64,000 nucleotides of DNA. It comes from an uncultured bacterium (lineage in GTDB: Bacteria; Abyssobacteria; SURF-5). A model generated the notes under the pieces. The model was not told where the DNA came from, did no database searches, and was given only the letters and a program-made list of their open reading frames with translations. The position numbers and the translations under genes were made by a program. Positions 48,411-58,491 of the stretch are shown here, one piece after another. The first letter of the stretch is position 1. The number at the start of each line of letters is the position of its first letter. The stretch spans positions 1 through 64,000 of the forward strand of contig CAZSKP010000026.1 of assembly GCA_964607485.1 (NCBI GenBank). Reading direction: 5' to 3'.

Positions 48411-50087
48411 TCACATCCGCTCAGGGGCTTCGATGCCGAGGAGGTGGAGGGCGTTTCTGACGACCTGGCGGACGGCCTCGACGAGCGCGAGGCGGGCGAG
48501 CGTGAGCGGCTTGTCGTCGGTGACTACCCGGTGCTTGTTGTAGTAGGCATGGAAGAGGCCAACCACGTCGATTATGAAATTCGGGATTCTGTGCACTTCG
48601 CGCCTTTCGGCGGCTGCCTCGACCACCGAGGGGAAGCGGGCGAGATATTTCATCAGGTCGATTTCCTCGGGTTCGGTAAGCAGCGACAGGTCGGCGTCGG
48701 CGAGCCGGTCGAGGTCAACATTCTGCTCGCGGGCGTGCTTCATGATGCTGCTGATGCGGGCGTGGGCGTACTGGATGTAATAGACGGGGTTCTCGTTCGA
48801 CTCTTTCTTCGCCAGGTCGAGGTCGAAGACCAGATGGCTGTCGGCGCTGCGCATCACGAAGAAGAACCTCGCCACGGCGAGCCCGACCTCGCGGACGAGC
48901 TCGTCGAGCGTGACGAATTGGCCCTCGCGGGTGGACATCTTTATCTCCCGGCCTTCGCGCACGAAGCTGACCATCTGATGCACGAGGCATTCGAGGAAAT
49001 CTTCCGGATAGCCGAGCGCCCTGACGGCCGCCTTCACGCGCGCCACATAACCGTGGTGGTCGGCGCCCCATATGTTGATTGCGCGCTCGAAGCCGCGCTC
49101 GTGCTTGTCCATATGGTAGGCGATGTCACCCGCAAAATACGTCATGTCGCCGTTGCTTCTGACGACCACGCGGTCCTTCTCGTCGCCGAGCGCGGAGCTG
49201 CGGAACCAGACGGCTCCTTCCTGTTCGTAGATGTATCCGTGCTCGCGCAGGAGCTTGATTGCGCGCTCGACCTTGCCTTCGGCGTACAGGGACGACTCGC
49301 GCGCCCACACGTCGAATCCGACGCCGTAATTTCTCAAGTCCCTGTCGATGAGCGCGATCATCTCGCGCACGGCGAAGCGCCTGAAGAACTCCAGTGTTTC
49401 CTCGTCGTCCCTGCCCGCGAATTTGTCGCCCTCCTGCTCGCGGACGAGGCCCGCCACGTCGCGGATGTAGTCTCCCTTATAGCTCTCGTCGGGAAAGGGA
49501 TAGGAGGAATCGAAAAGCTGTTGATAGCGGGCGTGCACCGAGCGGGCCAGCATATTCATCTGGTTTCCGGCGTCGTTGTAGTAGTACTCGCGCGTGACGT
49601 CGTACCCGCAAAAGCTGAGGGCGTTCGAGAGCACATCGCCGATGGTGGCTTGTCTGCCGTGGCCGATTGTAAGTGGGCCGGTGGGGTTGCTGCTGACAAA
49701 CTCGACGTTTACCTTCTTGCTCTTTCCGACGTCCGAACTGCCGTAGAGAGCGCCTTTCGATAACACCTGCTTCACGACGGCAGCCACCGCCTTTTCCTTG
49801 AGATAGAAGTTGATGAATCCGGGCGGAGCGGTTACGACTCTGTTGAAAAACGGGTCGGCGGCATCGAGATGTTCGACGATGATATCCGCGATCTTCATCG
49901 GCGGCATTCTCAGTTGCTTGGCGAGCCTCAGCGAGAGATTTGCGGCGTAATCACCGTGAGCAGGATTGTTGGGAATCTCCAGGGTGATGTCCGGAACCGA
50001 CTCCAGCCGCAGGCTGCCGTCATCGATCGCCTTCTTGATGGCGGTAACGAGCTTTTCCGTTATTTTCGATTCGATAAGTTTTTCCAT
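48411..50087 (-). CDS. argS: Arginine-tRNA ligase
   Basis: NVEFVSSNPTGPLTIGHGR, GADHHGY, KMSTR and YIQYAHAR motifs. Confidence 0.97.
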   Translation of the reverse strand: MEKLIESKITEKLVTAIKKAIDDGSLRLESVPDITLEIPNNPAHGDYAANLSLRLAKQLRMPPMKIADIIVEHLDAADPFFNRVVTAPPGFINFYLKEKAVAAVVKQVLSKGALYGSSDVGKSKKVNVEFVSSNPTGPLTIGHGRQATIGDVLSNALSFCGYDVTREYYYNDAGNQMNMLARSVHARYQQLFDSSYPFPDESYKGDYIRDVAGLVREQEGDKFAGRDDEETLEFFRRFAVREMIALIDRDLRNYGVGFDVWARESSLYAEGKVERAIKLLREHGYIYEQEGAVWFRSSALGDEKDRVVVRSNGDMTYFAGDIAYHMDKHERGFERAINIWGADHHGYVARVKAAVRALGYPEDFLECLVHQMVSFVREGREIKMSTREGQFVTLDELVREVGLAVARFFFVMRSADSHLVFDLDLAKKESNENPVYYIQYAHARISSIMKHAREQNVDLDRLADADLSLLTEPEEIDLMKYLARFPSVVEAAAERREVHRIPNFIIDVVGLFHAYYNKHRVVTDDKPLTLARLALVEAVRQVVRNALHLLGIEAPERM

Positions 50088-50120
50088 GGATATTGCCTTA
50101 AGAAGATGTATCCGCGAAGC

Positions 50121-51710
50121 TCACTCACGTTCTGTTCTTCGTGTTCCTTCGTGTTCTTCGTGGATCAATCCTTTCCGACTCCTTTTCCTCACCACGACGC
50201 AAACGCCGAGAAGAACCGCCGTCAGGATCGCGCACGCGAGTACCCACATGTCTCCATGGGACTTGTAGAAAGTGTCGTGAGGAACGGTCGATATCCGCTC
50301 GACGGAAAATCCGCGGACAAAGACGGTCTCGCCCCACGACGCGCCCACGACACCGCTGACTCGTCCCCAGGGGTCGATGAAACATGATATGCCGGTATTC
50401 GTTCCTCTGACAAGTGTGACGCCGTTCTCGATTGCGCGAAACACGGCGATGGCCAAGTCCTGCTTCGGCTGGGCGGTCCGGCCGAACCACCCGTCGTTGG
50501 TGAGCTGTATTAAGAAATCGCAGCCGAGGCTCGCCGACTCGCGGACAAGATGAGGAAAGCTGTTCTCGAAACAGATCAGCACCGCGAACTTCTTCCCGTC
50601 GAATTCGAAAAGCGTAATCTTCCTGCCGGGGCTGAAGTCGGAAATCTGCGGCACCACCTTTCCCAGAAATGACAGCAAGCGTCCCATGGGCACATATTCA
50701 CCGAACGGGGCGAGGTGCCTCTTATCGTACCTGCCGAGCACCTGCCCGTCAGGGGAAATGAGAAAGGCGGAATTGTAGTAACGCATCTCCTCTTCCGGGC
50801 CCGTCCCCGTATTCTCATAATGATCGCTTCCCATGACCAGGTATATGTTGTTCGCGCGAACGACCTCGCCTACCTCGTCGAGTTTGTCAATGAGGTAGCC
50901 GTACAAGGCGCTTTCAGGCCACACCACGAGCTTCGCCCCATCAGCCGCCGCGAACTCCGTCAGTCTCTCCTGCGTCCAGAACATGTGGGCGCTGTATTCG
51001 CGGCTCCATTTGACATCGAGCGAGAAGTCGGGCTGGATGACCCCCACGCGCAATGAAGACGACATATCCGGCTCCTGCATGCGCCCCTTTCCCCACAAGG
51101 GCACGGCGCCTCCGAGAAAGATCAGTATCCCGGCCACGGGAAGCGCAAGCGATGGCCGCTTCACATGGCGAACGAGCTCGTACAGGAGAACATTGATTAC
51201 GACAATATAGGAGGTGACCGCATAAACCGACCCGATCGACGCCAACTGTGCCACAAGGAGGTTGCTCGATTGCGTGTACCCCAGCGAGCCCCAGCCGAAC
51301 CCGGTGAAGATATGGTTGTGGATGTATTCCATCACCACCCACATCGCAGGCACCGCCACGACGACGGCGGCGGGCATCCACCTGTCGAAGAACCGTTTGC
51401 CGACAGCGATGACTCCCCAGAACAGGGAGAACAGAACAACCAGCAGCCCGACACCCGCGAGCACGATTCCGCCCACCCAGTACGTCAGCGACGCGAACCA
51501 TGCGAATGTGATGCCGTAAAATACCACACCCGCCAGCATGCCACCCCAAAATGCCTTCCGGTAATCTTTCCCCCGCAGCCACAGCAGCAGCGGAACCAGA
51601 CCGACGTACGCAAGCGGCCACAAGCTCGTGCTTGGGAACGCCGCCGCGAGCAGCACCGCGCTGGCAACCGGAAGAATGATTTCTCGCGCTTTCATTTTTT
51701 GTCGGGTCAT
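50121..51710 (-). CDS. lnt: Apolipoprotein N-acyltransferase
   Basis: TMs; WPESA, KRHLAPFGEY, ICFE, TNDGWF and NTGIS motifs. Confidence 0.94.
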   Translation of the reverse strand: MTRQKMKAREIILPVASAVLLAAAFPSTSLWPLAYVGLVPLLLWLRGKDYRKAFWGGMLAGVVFYGITFAWFASLTYWVGGIVLAGVGLLVVLFSLFWGVIAVGKRFFDRWMPAAVVVAVPAMWVVMEYIHNHIFTGFGWGSLGYTQSSNLLVAQLASIGSVYAVTSYIVVINVLLYELVRHVKRPSLALPVAGILIFLGGAVPLWGKGRMQEPDMSSSLRVGVIQPDFSLDVKWSREYSAHMFWTQERLTEFAAADGAKLVVWPESALYGYLIDKLDEVGEVVRANNIYLVMGSDHYENTGTGPEEEMRYYNSAFLISPDGQVLGRYDKRHLAPFGEYVPMGRLLSFLGKVVPQISDFSPGRKITLFEFDGKKFAVLICFENSFPHLVRESASLGCDFLIQLTNDGWFGRTAQPKQDLAIAVFRAIENGVTLVRGTNTGISCFIDPWGRVSGVVGASWGETVFVRGFSVERISTVPHDTFYKSHGDMWVLACAILTAVLLGVCVVVRKRSRKGLIHEEHEGTRRTERE

Positions 51711-51811
51711 GCGCCGGCCGACGCGCAGAAGCCGCTTGAGCCGGTCAAATTAATATCCCAGTGTTCTGTCTCAGAAAGAGCTTGAATAATATCTCGCATC
51801 GTCAGGCTCAT

Positions 51812-51883
51812 TGTCATTCCCACGAAAGTGGGAATCCAGTTTGCAGGGAAAAATCATGGATTCCCGTTTTCACGGGAATGACA
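51812..51883. repeat. GTCATTCCC...GGGAATGAC REP doublet
   Basis: TGTCATTCCCACGAAAGTGGGAATCCA ... TGGATTCCCGTTTTCACGGGAATGACA. Confidence 0.8.
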
Positions 51884-52030
51884 CAAATAGCGGGTGGTGC
51901 GCTGGTGAATTTATCAAGGTATCTCCAGGACAACACACTAGCAAAAAGGCAGGCTGACACTTGCCTGCCTGCTTGAAATTCGCAATGAAGCTCCCCGGAA
52001 CTCCCGCTGCAATGATCCCGCCCGTCCTCC

Positions 52031-52723
52031 CTACGGCAAATAGCGGACGTAGCAATCGGCAAATCGTGAATCCGCGGCGAGCTTGCCCTGGGCTTTGTTC
52101 GCCTCCGCCTCGGTCTGAAACGGCCCCACCATCACGCGGAAGAACCGGCCCTTGGCCCCCAGGTCCACCTCTTCCACGTACGAGGCGAAGCCCTTCCCCT
52201 TGAGAACCTCCATATGAGAAGCCGCCATGGACTTGTCCTGCGAGGAAGCCACCTGTATGGCATAGTGGAACGTGGGCGGCTCTTCCTTCTTGGCGGGAGG
52301 CGGCGCCGGCTTCTTCGGCTCGGGCTTCGGCGCTGGAGCCGCAACTTTGGGTTCCGGCTTTGGCGGCGGAGCGGGTTCGGCCGCCTTCGGTTTCTCCGGC
52401 GCGGGCGGCGGCTGCTCCGACGCAGTCGTTGATTTGACCTCGGGCTTTTCCGGAGCGGCGGGCGCCACGTCCTGAGGTTGAGCGGTTGCGGTCGCGGCAG
52501 CCTCGGGAGGCTCTTCGGCCGGTTCGGACGGCGGTTTCAGGGGCGCCGGGCGGCTGCTTTCACCGATTGCGAAGTTGCTCGGCTTCTGGAACCGCTCGAT
52601 CCTGATTCCCAGCATCAAGCTGAGCGCCATCAGGGCCAGCACGACGCACACGAGCAGAACCAATCGACCTGTGCTGAACGCATATACGTACGGCTTGTCG
52701 GGCGGAACGGACTTAGGGCTCAT
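52031..52723 (-). CDS. SPOR-domain cell-division-type membrane protein
   Basis: TM, Pro/Ala/Lys linker, YAIQVAS...FRVMVGPF SPOR domain. Confidence 0.88.
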   Translation of the reverse strand: MSPKSVPPDKPYVYAFSTGRLVLLVCVVLALMALSLMLGIRIERFQKPSNFAIGESSRPAPLKPPSEPAEEPPEAAATATAQPQDVAPAAPEKPEVKSTTASEQPPPAPEKPKAAEPAPPPKPEPKVAAPAPKPEPKKPAPPPAKKEEPPTFHYAIQVASSQDKSMAASHMEVLKGKGFASYVEEVDLGAKGRFFRVMVGPFQTEAEANKAQGKLAADSRFADCYVRYLP

Positions 52724-53234
52724 CCTCTTGCCCTCCGGCATGACCCAGATGTTCCTCCAGCCTGAGCTTGACCTCTTCCAACTGCGACTCGGTCAATTGC
52801 GGGTCCACGACCCGTATCTGCGTGTCGTTATGCTTGTCGGAGAACACCAGCACGCTTCTCCCCGACGAGTCGTCCTTTTCTTCCCGGATGAACCGGAACA
52901 CCTTCTGCCGCCTCAACATCATCGCGCACACGTAGGCCATCGCCTCGGCGTCGGCGCCGCCCTGGGCTATCGACTCGTAGCAGAGGTTGAGCAGAGGGAT
53001 GAACTGCTCTTTCGGCGTCGCTCGCTCGACGGAGGGGTCTCGATACTTCGTCTCCCAGAACGAATAGATGTCGTCCGCCGCGGCCGAGCGCTCCGTCCAG
53101 CAGCCCTCGCAATAGTCCTCCCTGAGGAAATTGTTCCCGTCTATCTTGAGCAGCGAAAAATGCTTTTGCTCATGGGCAAACGGCTGGCTGCATGCCATGC
53201 AGCGCGCCGATTCCTTCTGTATCTGTATTTCCAC
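52713..53234 (-). CDS. Hypothetical protein with CxxC..CxxC zinc ribbon
   Basis: CMAC, DYCEGCW, SFW and LRRQKVF; overlaps the SPOR gene start. Confidence 0.7.
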   Translation of the reverse strand: MEIQIQKESARCMACSQPFAHEQKHFSLLKIDGNNFLREDYCEGCWTERSAAADDIYSFWETKYRDPSVERATPKEQFIPLLNLCYESIAQGGADAEAMAYVCAMMLRRQKVFRFIREEKDDSSGRSVLVFSDKHNDTQIRVVDPQLTESQLEEVKLRLEEHLGHAGGQEDEP

Positions 53235-53349
53235 GATGCCCCTTCCGATGCCGGACACACACATCCCCTTGCGTGCCACTGAGATTCACGCCCGATTCTA
53301 CCACAGGGTCATAGGACTGTCAAGAAGCGGGGGGACGGTCTTCGGTTCA

Positions 53350-53860
53350 CCCGAAACCGACCTATCCACTAAGAACACGAAGCGCCACCAAGGAATCCAT
53401 CTACATGAACCTTCCTGCCCTTCGTGGATAAATCCTTCTCTGTCATTGCGAGGAACAACGTGACGAAGCAATCTCCAACCATCGGAAACAGGCATTCGAC
53501 TTTGGACTTCGGATATTGGACTTTGGACTTTCTTTCCCAATCCGCAACCCGCAATCCCAAATCCAAAATGAAGGGGAACCACAGATGCACACAGGTAAAC
53601 GCAGATGTCATTCCGGGCCAACCATCATTCCGACAACATGTCATTCTGAGCGAAGCGAAGAATCTCTCTTTTCAGCCACAGAGCACACAGAGTTCTCAGA
53701 GGGATTTTTCTTTTCATCCTAAGCTTGTCTTGAGGTTCTCGAAAGACCTGTCGAATGGATTTATGGTCTAGACTTTGGACTCAGGAGTTCGGACTTTGGA
53801 CTCAAGGAAGGCGCAGGCCCCGAGGCTTGACTTTGTTAACTGATAGTAGTATCTTGGAAT
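53350..53860. repeat. Mosaic of several short-repeat families ending in promoter copy 3
   Basis: 9-bp-period CACGAA/CACAGA units, GTCATTGCGAG (53441), TGGAC heptamers, GTCATTCTGAGC (53639); TTGACT(53827)-N17-TATCTT. Confidence 0.75.
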
Positions 53861-53974
53861 CAGTAAGAACAATCCGATTTCAAAACTAACACAAAGTTGG
53901 ATAATCAAGCTTGACAAAAAAAGAAAATGTGGCAATGAGTGACCCCGATTTCCCGAGGTAGGAGAACCCATAGA

Positions 53975-54912
53975 ATGGCAGACGCAAATTCCGAAATGTT
54001 GCGACGGTTGAAAGCATTAGAAGACAGACAAAGCCTTTCTGAAGAATTGGACAGAAAAACGGAAAAGACTCGCGCTGACCTTTTTGAGGAATTAAACAGA
54101 AGAACGAAAACAATCTCGACTTACCGAAACTGGACAATATTTGTACTGGCTTTTTTGGGAATAACTTCTGTTTCCGCATTATGTACTATAAGAATGCAGT
54201 GTCGAATGCTCTGGATGAACAAGTTCAGCTTGTGCGGGACGACGTAAGAAAGAAATTAGACGAAGAGTTTGAAGATGCCAAAATTCAGGGCCTTATAGAA
54301 GAAACGGCTCAAGACTACACGGAAGGCAGAGTTGAACACTATATATCTGAAAAAGTGGAAGAGAGAATATCCCCGTTTTCCAGAGAAATGAAGCAACTCG
54401 TAATTGACTATGAGACTGATCTGATACAGTTGAAGAAATTGACCGAACTTGAGCAAAAAGCGCGGTTTGGGTCCAGAGATGCATATAACGAACTTTGTGA
54501 ATATGAAGCGGAAACGCCCGATACAGATCTGCGTACTACAGCTTCTATTTGCATTGATATTCTGCAACGAGAGTTGTCTATCTACCGCCACATGCCTAGC
54601 GGTATATTTGGTTCGGACCTAATGCAAGATGGAAAGGATATCTCGCCTCAGAGTCGAACCACGAAAGAACTCTTCGACATACTGGAAGCCCCAAACATTC
54701 GCGACGCCACACGCCATGCATTGATGCACCATATTGCTAAAAGACCAAAGGATGAAGTTATACCCGAGGCTTTGAAGATTTTGAGAGACTCCGATTCGCT
54801 CCCAGCGTGTGCAGCAACATGCGGAATTCTATCAAGTATGCTTGGGGAAAAGGCTGGTTTCATGGAATTTGGAGAATGGATCAAGGTTTGTGAAGAGCAA
54901 CTGGGAAAGTAA
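53975..54912 (+). pseudogene. Frameshifted AT-rich membrane-anchored coiled-coil protein gene
   Basis: MADANSE...TM (WTIFVLAFLGITSVSAL) in one frame continues as YYKNAVS... in another frame near 54180. Confidence 0.6.
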
Positions 54913-55327
54913 GCAATAAATAATGTATGGTGGCCAGGATTTAAGCTGACAGTGATGCTGTCTCCTGCTGTGTCTGTACGTGTCGAGTTAAAATTGTCTC
55001 CGGATTTGTTCGATATTTTGAGACAGGGAGTCTATCTGAAAGCATTCTCCCATAAAGCCATCTAATCTGTCTATCTCCAACTTGCAGACCATAATCTTCG
55101 TCTAACATACTGCATTCGGTTTATGGTAGAATGATTTGATGCTGGAGAAAGAAAAGGAGATATCTGCGGAAGTGCATGTCTAGGCTATTATTGGTAATGC
55201 TTTCATTTCCAGCTTTATTCTTTATAAATTAAGTAATGAGATGTATCTTAAGCCCGAGTTTTAATGTTTGAAAGAGCTATGTTGTGCTTGGCTATATCTG
55301 CCACATCTAAGCCTCATTGAAATTAGG

Positions 55328-55744
55328 ATGTCCCTAATGGATTGTATTCAGAGATTAATGGCTGATGCATCTCCTTGGTTGGTTCCCTTAGTTCTCCTGA
55401 TTCTGCAATTTCTGTTCAAGATATACATAAACGGGACACCCTCTGGTAGCATATTCTGGAAGAGTTTTTTACAATCTCCTGTGGAGATAGGTTTTCTTGG
55501 GCTATCCTTCATAGCCGCAGCAGGGATCTCAGAGCTAATACCAGCTCCCGAAACAATAGGCTGGTTCGTTTTCTTTCTGTTGTTGAATATCTTGATTATC
55601 ATCATTTGGAAGCATTCTCCGGTCGGAATAAACTCAAAGCAGATTATGCAAGCCAGTTTTCTGGCCTTTTTAAATTTTGCTATATCAATAGCAATGCTTG
55701 TAGTTAGTATTAACCTTCTTATACGGAGGACCATTGCCACATGA
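55328..55744 (+). CDS. Small 4-TM hypothetical membrane protein
   Basis: Four hydrophobic segments; ATGA overlap with the next gene; AT-rich. Confidence 0.7.
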   Translation: MSLMDCIQRLMADASPWLVPLVLLILQFLFKIYINGTPSGSIFWKSFLQSPVEIGFLGLSFIAAAGISELIPAPETIGWFVFFLLLNILIIIIWKHSPVGINSKQIMQASFLAFLNFAISIAMLVVSINLLIRRTIAT

Positions 55745-56454
55745 GTTCACCTGCGCTCATTATTTTATATATGATTCCTGCTCTTCTCTCAGTCATGATA
55801 GCTTTGGCATTTCTCAGTCTTAAGTTGAATCGTATGTCGCGTGAGGTGAAAGAGTATCGAGAAGACAAATTCAGACATCAACTGGAGGCAAAGATAGAAG
55901 CTCTGGGCATGGATTTGGCCGCCAGTAAAGAACGATTTGAGCAGCTAAATCATTTGATTTTGAAGAGTCAACTGGAAGGAGCTTCCATTCAAGAAAAAGA
56001 AAAAGCCATAGGTCCAGGCGCAAATGCTTTTTTCGAAGCGCTAGGAATTGATTTGCACATGAAGGTTGATAAAGAACTCATCTTTGTGCTTATGCCATTT
56101 AGGCCAGACTTCGATGAGACTTTCCGTGTTATAAAAGATGTGGTTGAGTCAGCGGGATTCCGATGTATGAGAGGCGACGAAGAAAAAATTTCAGGTAGCA
56201 TTTTACCTCATATACTGTGGCTTGTTGCGAAAGCAAGATTGATCATAGCTGAGATTACCGGAAGAAACGCAAATGTTTTCTATGAACTGGGAATTTCACA
56301 TGCGATCGGAAAACAAGTATTGCTCATCTCAAAAACTGCGGAAGATATGCCTTTTGATATCAGCGGCCTCAGGATACTAACATATCAGGATTCAAAAGAT
56401 CTTACTCATAAACTGAAAGACTGGTTAATTCGTACATTTGCCAAAATGGAATGA
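55741..56454 (+). CDS. TM-coiled-coil-nucleoside deoxyribosyltransferase/TIR-like domain protein
   Basis: FVLMPF, RGDE, IIAEITGRNANVFYELGISHA and PFDI motifs. Confidence 0.8.
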   Translation: MSSPALIILYMIPALLSVMIALAFLSLKLNRMSREVKEYREDKFRHQLEAKIEALGMDLAASKERFEQLNHLILKSQLEGASIQEKEKAIGPGANAFFEALGIDLHMKVDKELIFVLMPFRPDFDETFRVIKDVVESAGFRCMRGDEEKISGSILPHILWLVAKARLIIAEITGRNANVFYELGISHAIGKQVLLISKTAEDMPFDISGLRILTYQDSKDLTHKLKDWLIRTFAKME

Positions 56455-56662
56455 GCAGTTTAATAATGTAAGACCTGATCCCACCTTTGCACTATCCTAC
56501 CGTGCAGGAAATTTTCTCGCTATTGATATTGCGGTTTTTGCTTTTTCCCCGTGATGCGCCGTGTTCCCCGTGGTTGAGAATTCTTTTCAGATTTTTGTTG
56601 GGCGCAGCATGCTGCGCACAACTACAGACTCGGTAGTGGAGAGGGTTACTTGGGTCGGCAGC

Positions 56663-56971
56663 TTATGGCTTGCCGTCGCAGAATCGTTTGGCGTAGTCGA
56701 GATGGTGCTTGAGCAGCCACAGCTTCTGGCAGAACTCGGGCCAGCCGCACTCCGGCTGAAAGCTCTCCGCGACCTCGGGATCCACCATCACGCCATGCAC
56801 CAGCGAGCCCTCGAGCTGGTCCCAGATGTCGCCCCACGTGCTCAGCGCATCCCGCAATACTGAGGCGTTGACGTTTCGGAAGTGCATCAGCATTTTCTCG
56901 GCCGAGACGGTGGGTCTTGCATGCGGCTCTTTGGCTGAGCCGCCAGGAAGAACCCTGAAATCTCTCGCCAT
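56663..56971 (-). CDS. Hypothetical protein downstream of amtB
   Basis: RBS AGGAAGG, host-like codon usage. Confidence 0.6.
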   Translation of the reverse strand: MARDFRVLPGGSAKEPHARPTVSAEKMLMHFRNVNASVLRDALSTWGDIWDQLEGSLVHGVMVDPEVAESFQPECGWPEFCQKLWLLKHHLDYAKRFCDGKP

Positions 56972-56995
56972 GTCAATGCCTTCCTTTCCTTGCTC

Positions 56996-57058
56996 CGGGG
57001 ACAGTCCCGAATCTACGGCCTCGACGGGCTCGGCCCGTAATTTCTTGGGACAGTCCCC
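56996..57058. repeat. GGGACAGTCCC REP-like doublet
   Basis: GGGGACAGTCCC ... GGGACAGTCCCC in the intergenic spacer. Confidence 0.55.
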
Positions 57059-57067
57059 ATCAGCTCT

Positions 57068-58378
57068 CTAGTCCACGGTTGACAGGGCATAAGCGCTTTC
57101 GCCGTGCTGGCTGTAGTCGAGCCCCGCCAGTTCCTCTTCGGCGTCAACGCGCAGGCCTATCGTTTTCTCTATCAGCAGTACAAGGACGAAGGTGACGGCG
57201 GCGGCATATGCGACGGCGACCAGCACGGCGACGAATTGAGTGCCGAACTGGCTCAGTGCGCCCACATGGTTGCTGCGCATGAAGAACGAGAGGGCGAGCG
57301 CCCCGGTAATCCCGCCCATGCCGTGTACGCCGAACACGTCGAGGCTGTCGTCGTATCCAAGCGTGTTCTTTACCTGGATGGCGCCGTAGCAGATGCAGGC
57401 GGCCAGCGCCCCGAGCGCAATCGCGCCGTACGGGAGAACTGCGCCCGCGGCAGGCGTGATGGCCACCAGCCCGGCCAGGATGCCGCTCGCGATGCCGAGC
57501 GATGTGGCTTTGCCCTTGTGGATGGCTTCGATCAGCATCCATGCGACGGCGCCCGTTGCGGCAGCGATCTGAGTGACGGTCAACGCCTGTGCGGTCCTGA
57601 GATCGGACGAGACGGCGCTGCCCGCATTGAATCCGAACCATCCCACCCACAGCAGGCCCGCGCCGATCATGGTCATGGTCAGGTTGCTTGGGTGCATGGT
57701 TTTTCGGGGATAGCCCTTCCGGGGTTTGAGGAAAAGGGCGAGAACGAGCGCGCTTATCCCGGAGGAAATGTGCACCACCGTTCCGCCGGCGAAGTCTATC
57801 GTGCCCATCCTGTACAAGAAGCCCATGTCGTTGCCGTTGGCATACCACACCCAATGACACAGCGGGTTGTAAACGAGGAGAGCCCAAAGTGTGATGAAAA
57901 TGCAGTACGCCTTGAACCTCACCCTCTCGGCGAACGCCCCCGCGATCAGCGCGGGCGTGATGATTGCAAACTTGCCTTGAAACATGGCGAACACGTACTC
58001 GGGAATGCCGTTTGTGACCGATTTGTCAATCCCTTTAAGGACGAAGTAATCCCAACTCCACCCGAACCAGCCGCCGAGCACGTTGTGCCCAAAAGCCATC
58101 GCGTAACCGCACACCGCCCAAAGCAAGCCGATGATGCCCATCGCGGCAAACGAATGCATCATCGTGCCGAGTACATTCTTGGAGCGGACCAGTCCGCCGT
58201 AAAACATGGCCAGACCGGGAACCATCAGAAGAACCAGCGCGGTAGACGTCAACATCCAGGCGGTCGTTCCCGAGTCGGTTTCCGTGGCCGACCCATTGCC
58301 GGCAAGCGCAACGCCGGGTACCAGGAAACCAACCACAAGGATGAGGATGACGACGAACAATCTCATTCTTCTTTCCAT
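57068..58378 (-). CDS. amtB: Ammonium transporter
   Basis: GLAMFYGGLVR, DFAGGTVVH, WFGFNAGS and DDSLDVFGVHG motifs; ATG 58378 with GGAGG at 9 nt. Confidence 0.96.
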   Translation of the reverse strand: MERRMRLFVVILILVVGFLVPGVALAGNGSATETDSGTTAWMLTSTALVLLMVPGLAMFYGGLVRSKNVLGTMMHSFAAMGIIGLLWAVCGYAMAFGHNVLGGWFGWSWDYFVLKGIDKSVTNGIPEYVFAMFQGKFAIITPALIAGAFAERVRFKAYCIFITLWALLVYNPLCHWVWYANGNDMGFLYRMGTIDFAGGTVVHISSGISALVLALFLKPRKGYPRKTMHPSNLTMTMIGAGLLWVGWFGFNAGSAVSSDLRTAQALTVTQIAAATGAVAWMLIEAIHKGKATSLGIASGILAGLVAITPAAGAVLPYGAIALGALAACICYGAIQVKNTLGYDDSLDVFGVHGMGGITGALALSFFMRSNHVGALSQFGTQFVAVLVAVAYAAAVTFVLVLLIEKTIGLRVDAEEELAGLDYSQHGESAYALSTVD

Positions 58379-58491
58379 GAACATGAACCTCCAAACAGGT
58401 GTGGTCTCGAGCCCGCCTCTGAGAATCCGACGATCACGCCGTGCTGCTGTTGGGAAACCGACTGTCCGATAGAAGATTGCTGTAAAAAGGA

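Noticed and set aside
53350-53860. CRISPR array
   Set aside because: No constant repeat with unique spacers and no cas genes
54913-55327. Additional gene inside the AT-rich island
   Set aside because: No convincing ORF; looks like decayed spacer
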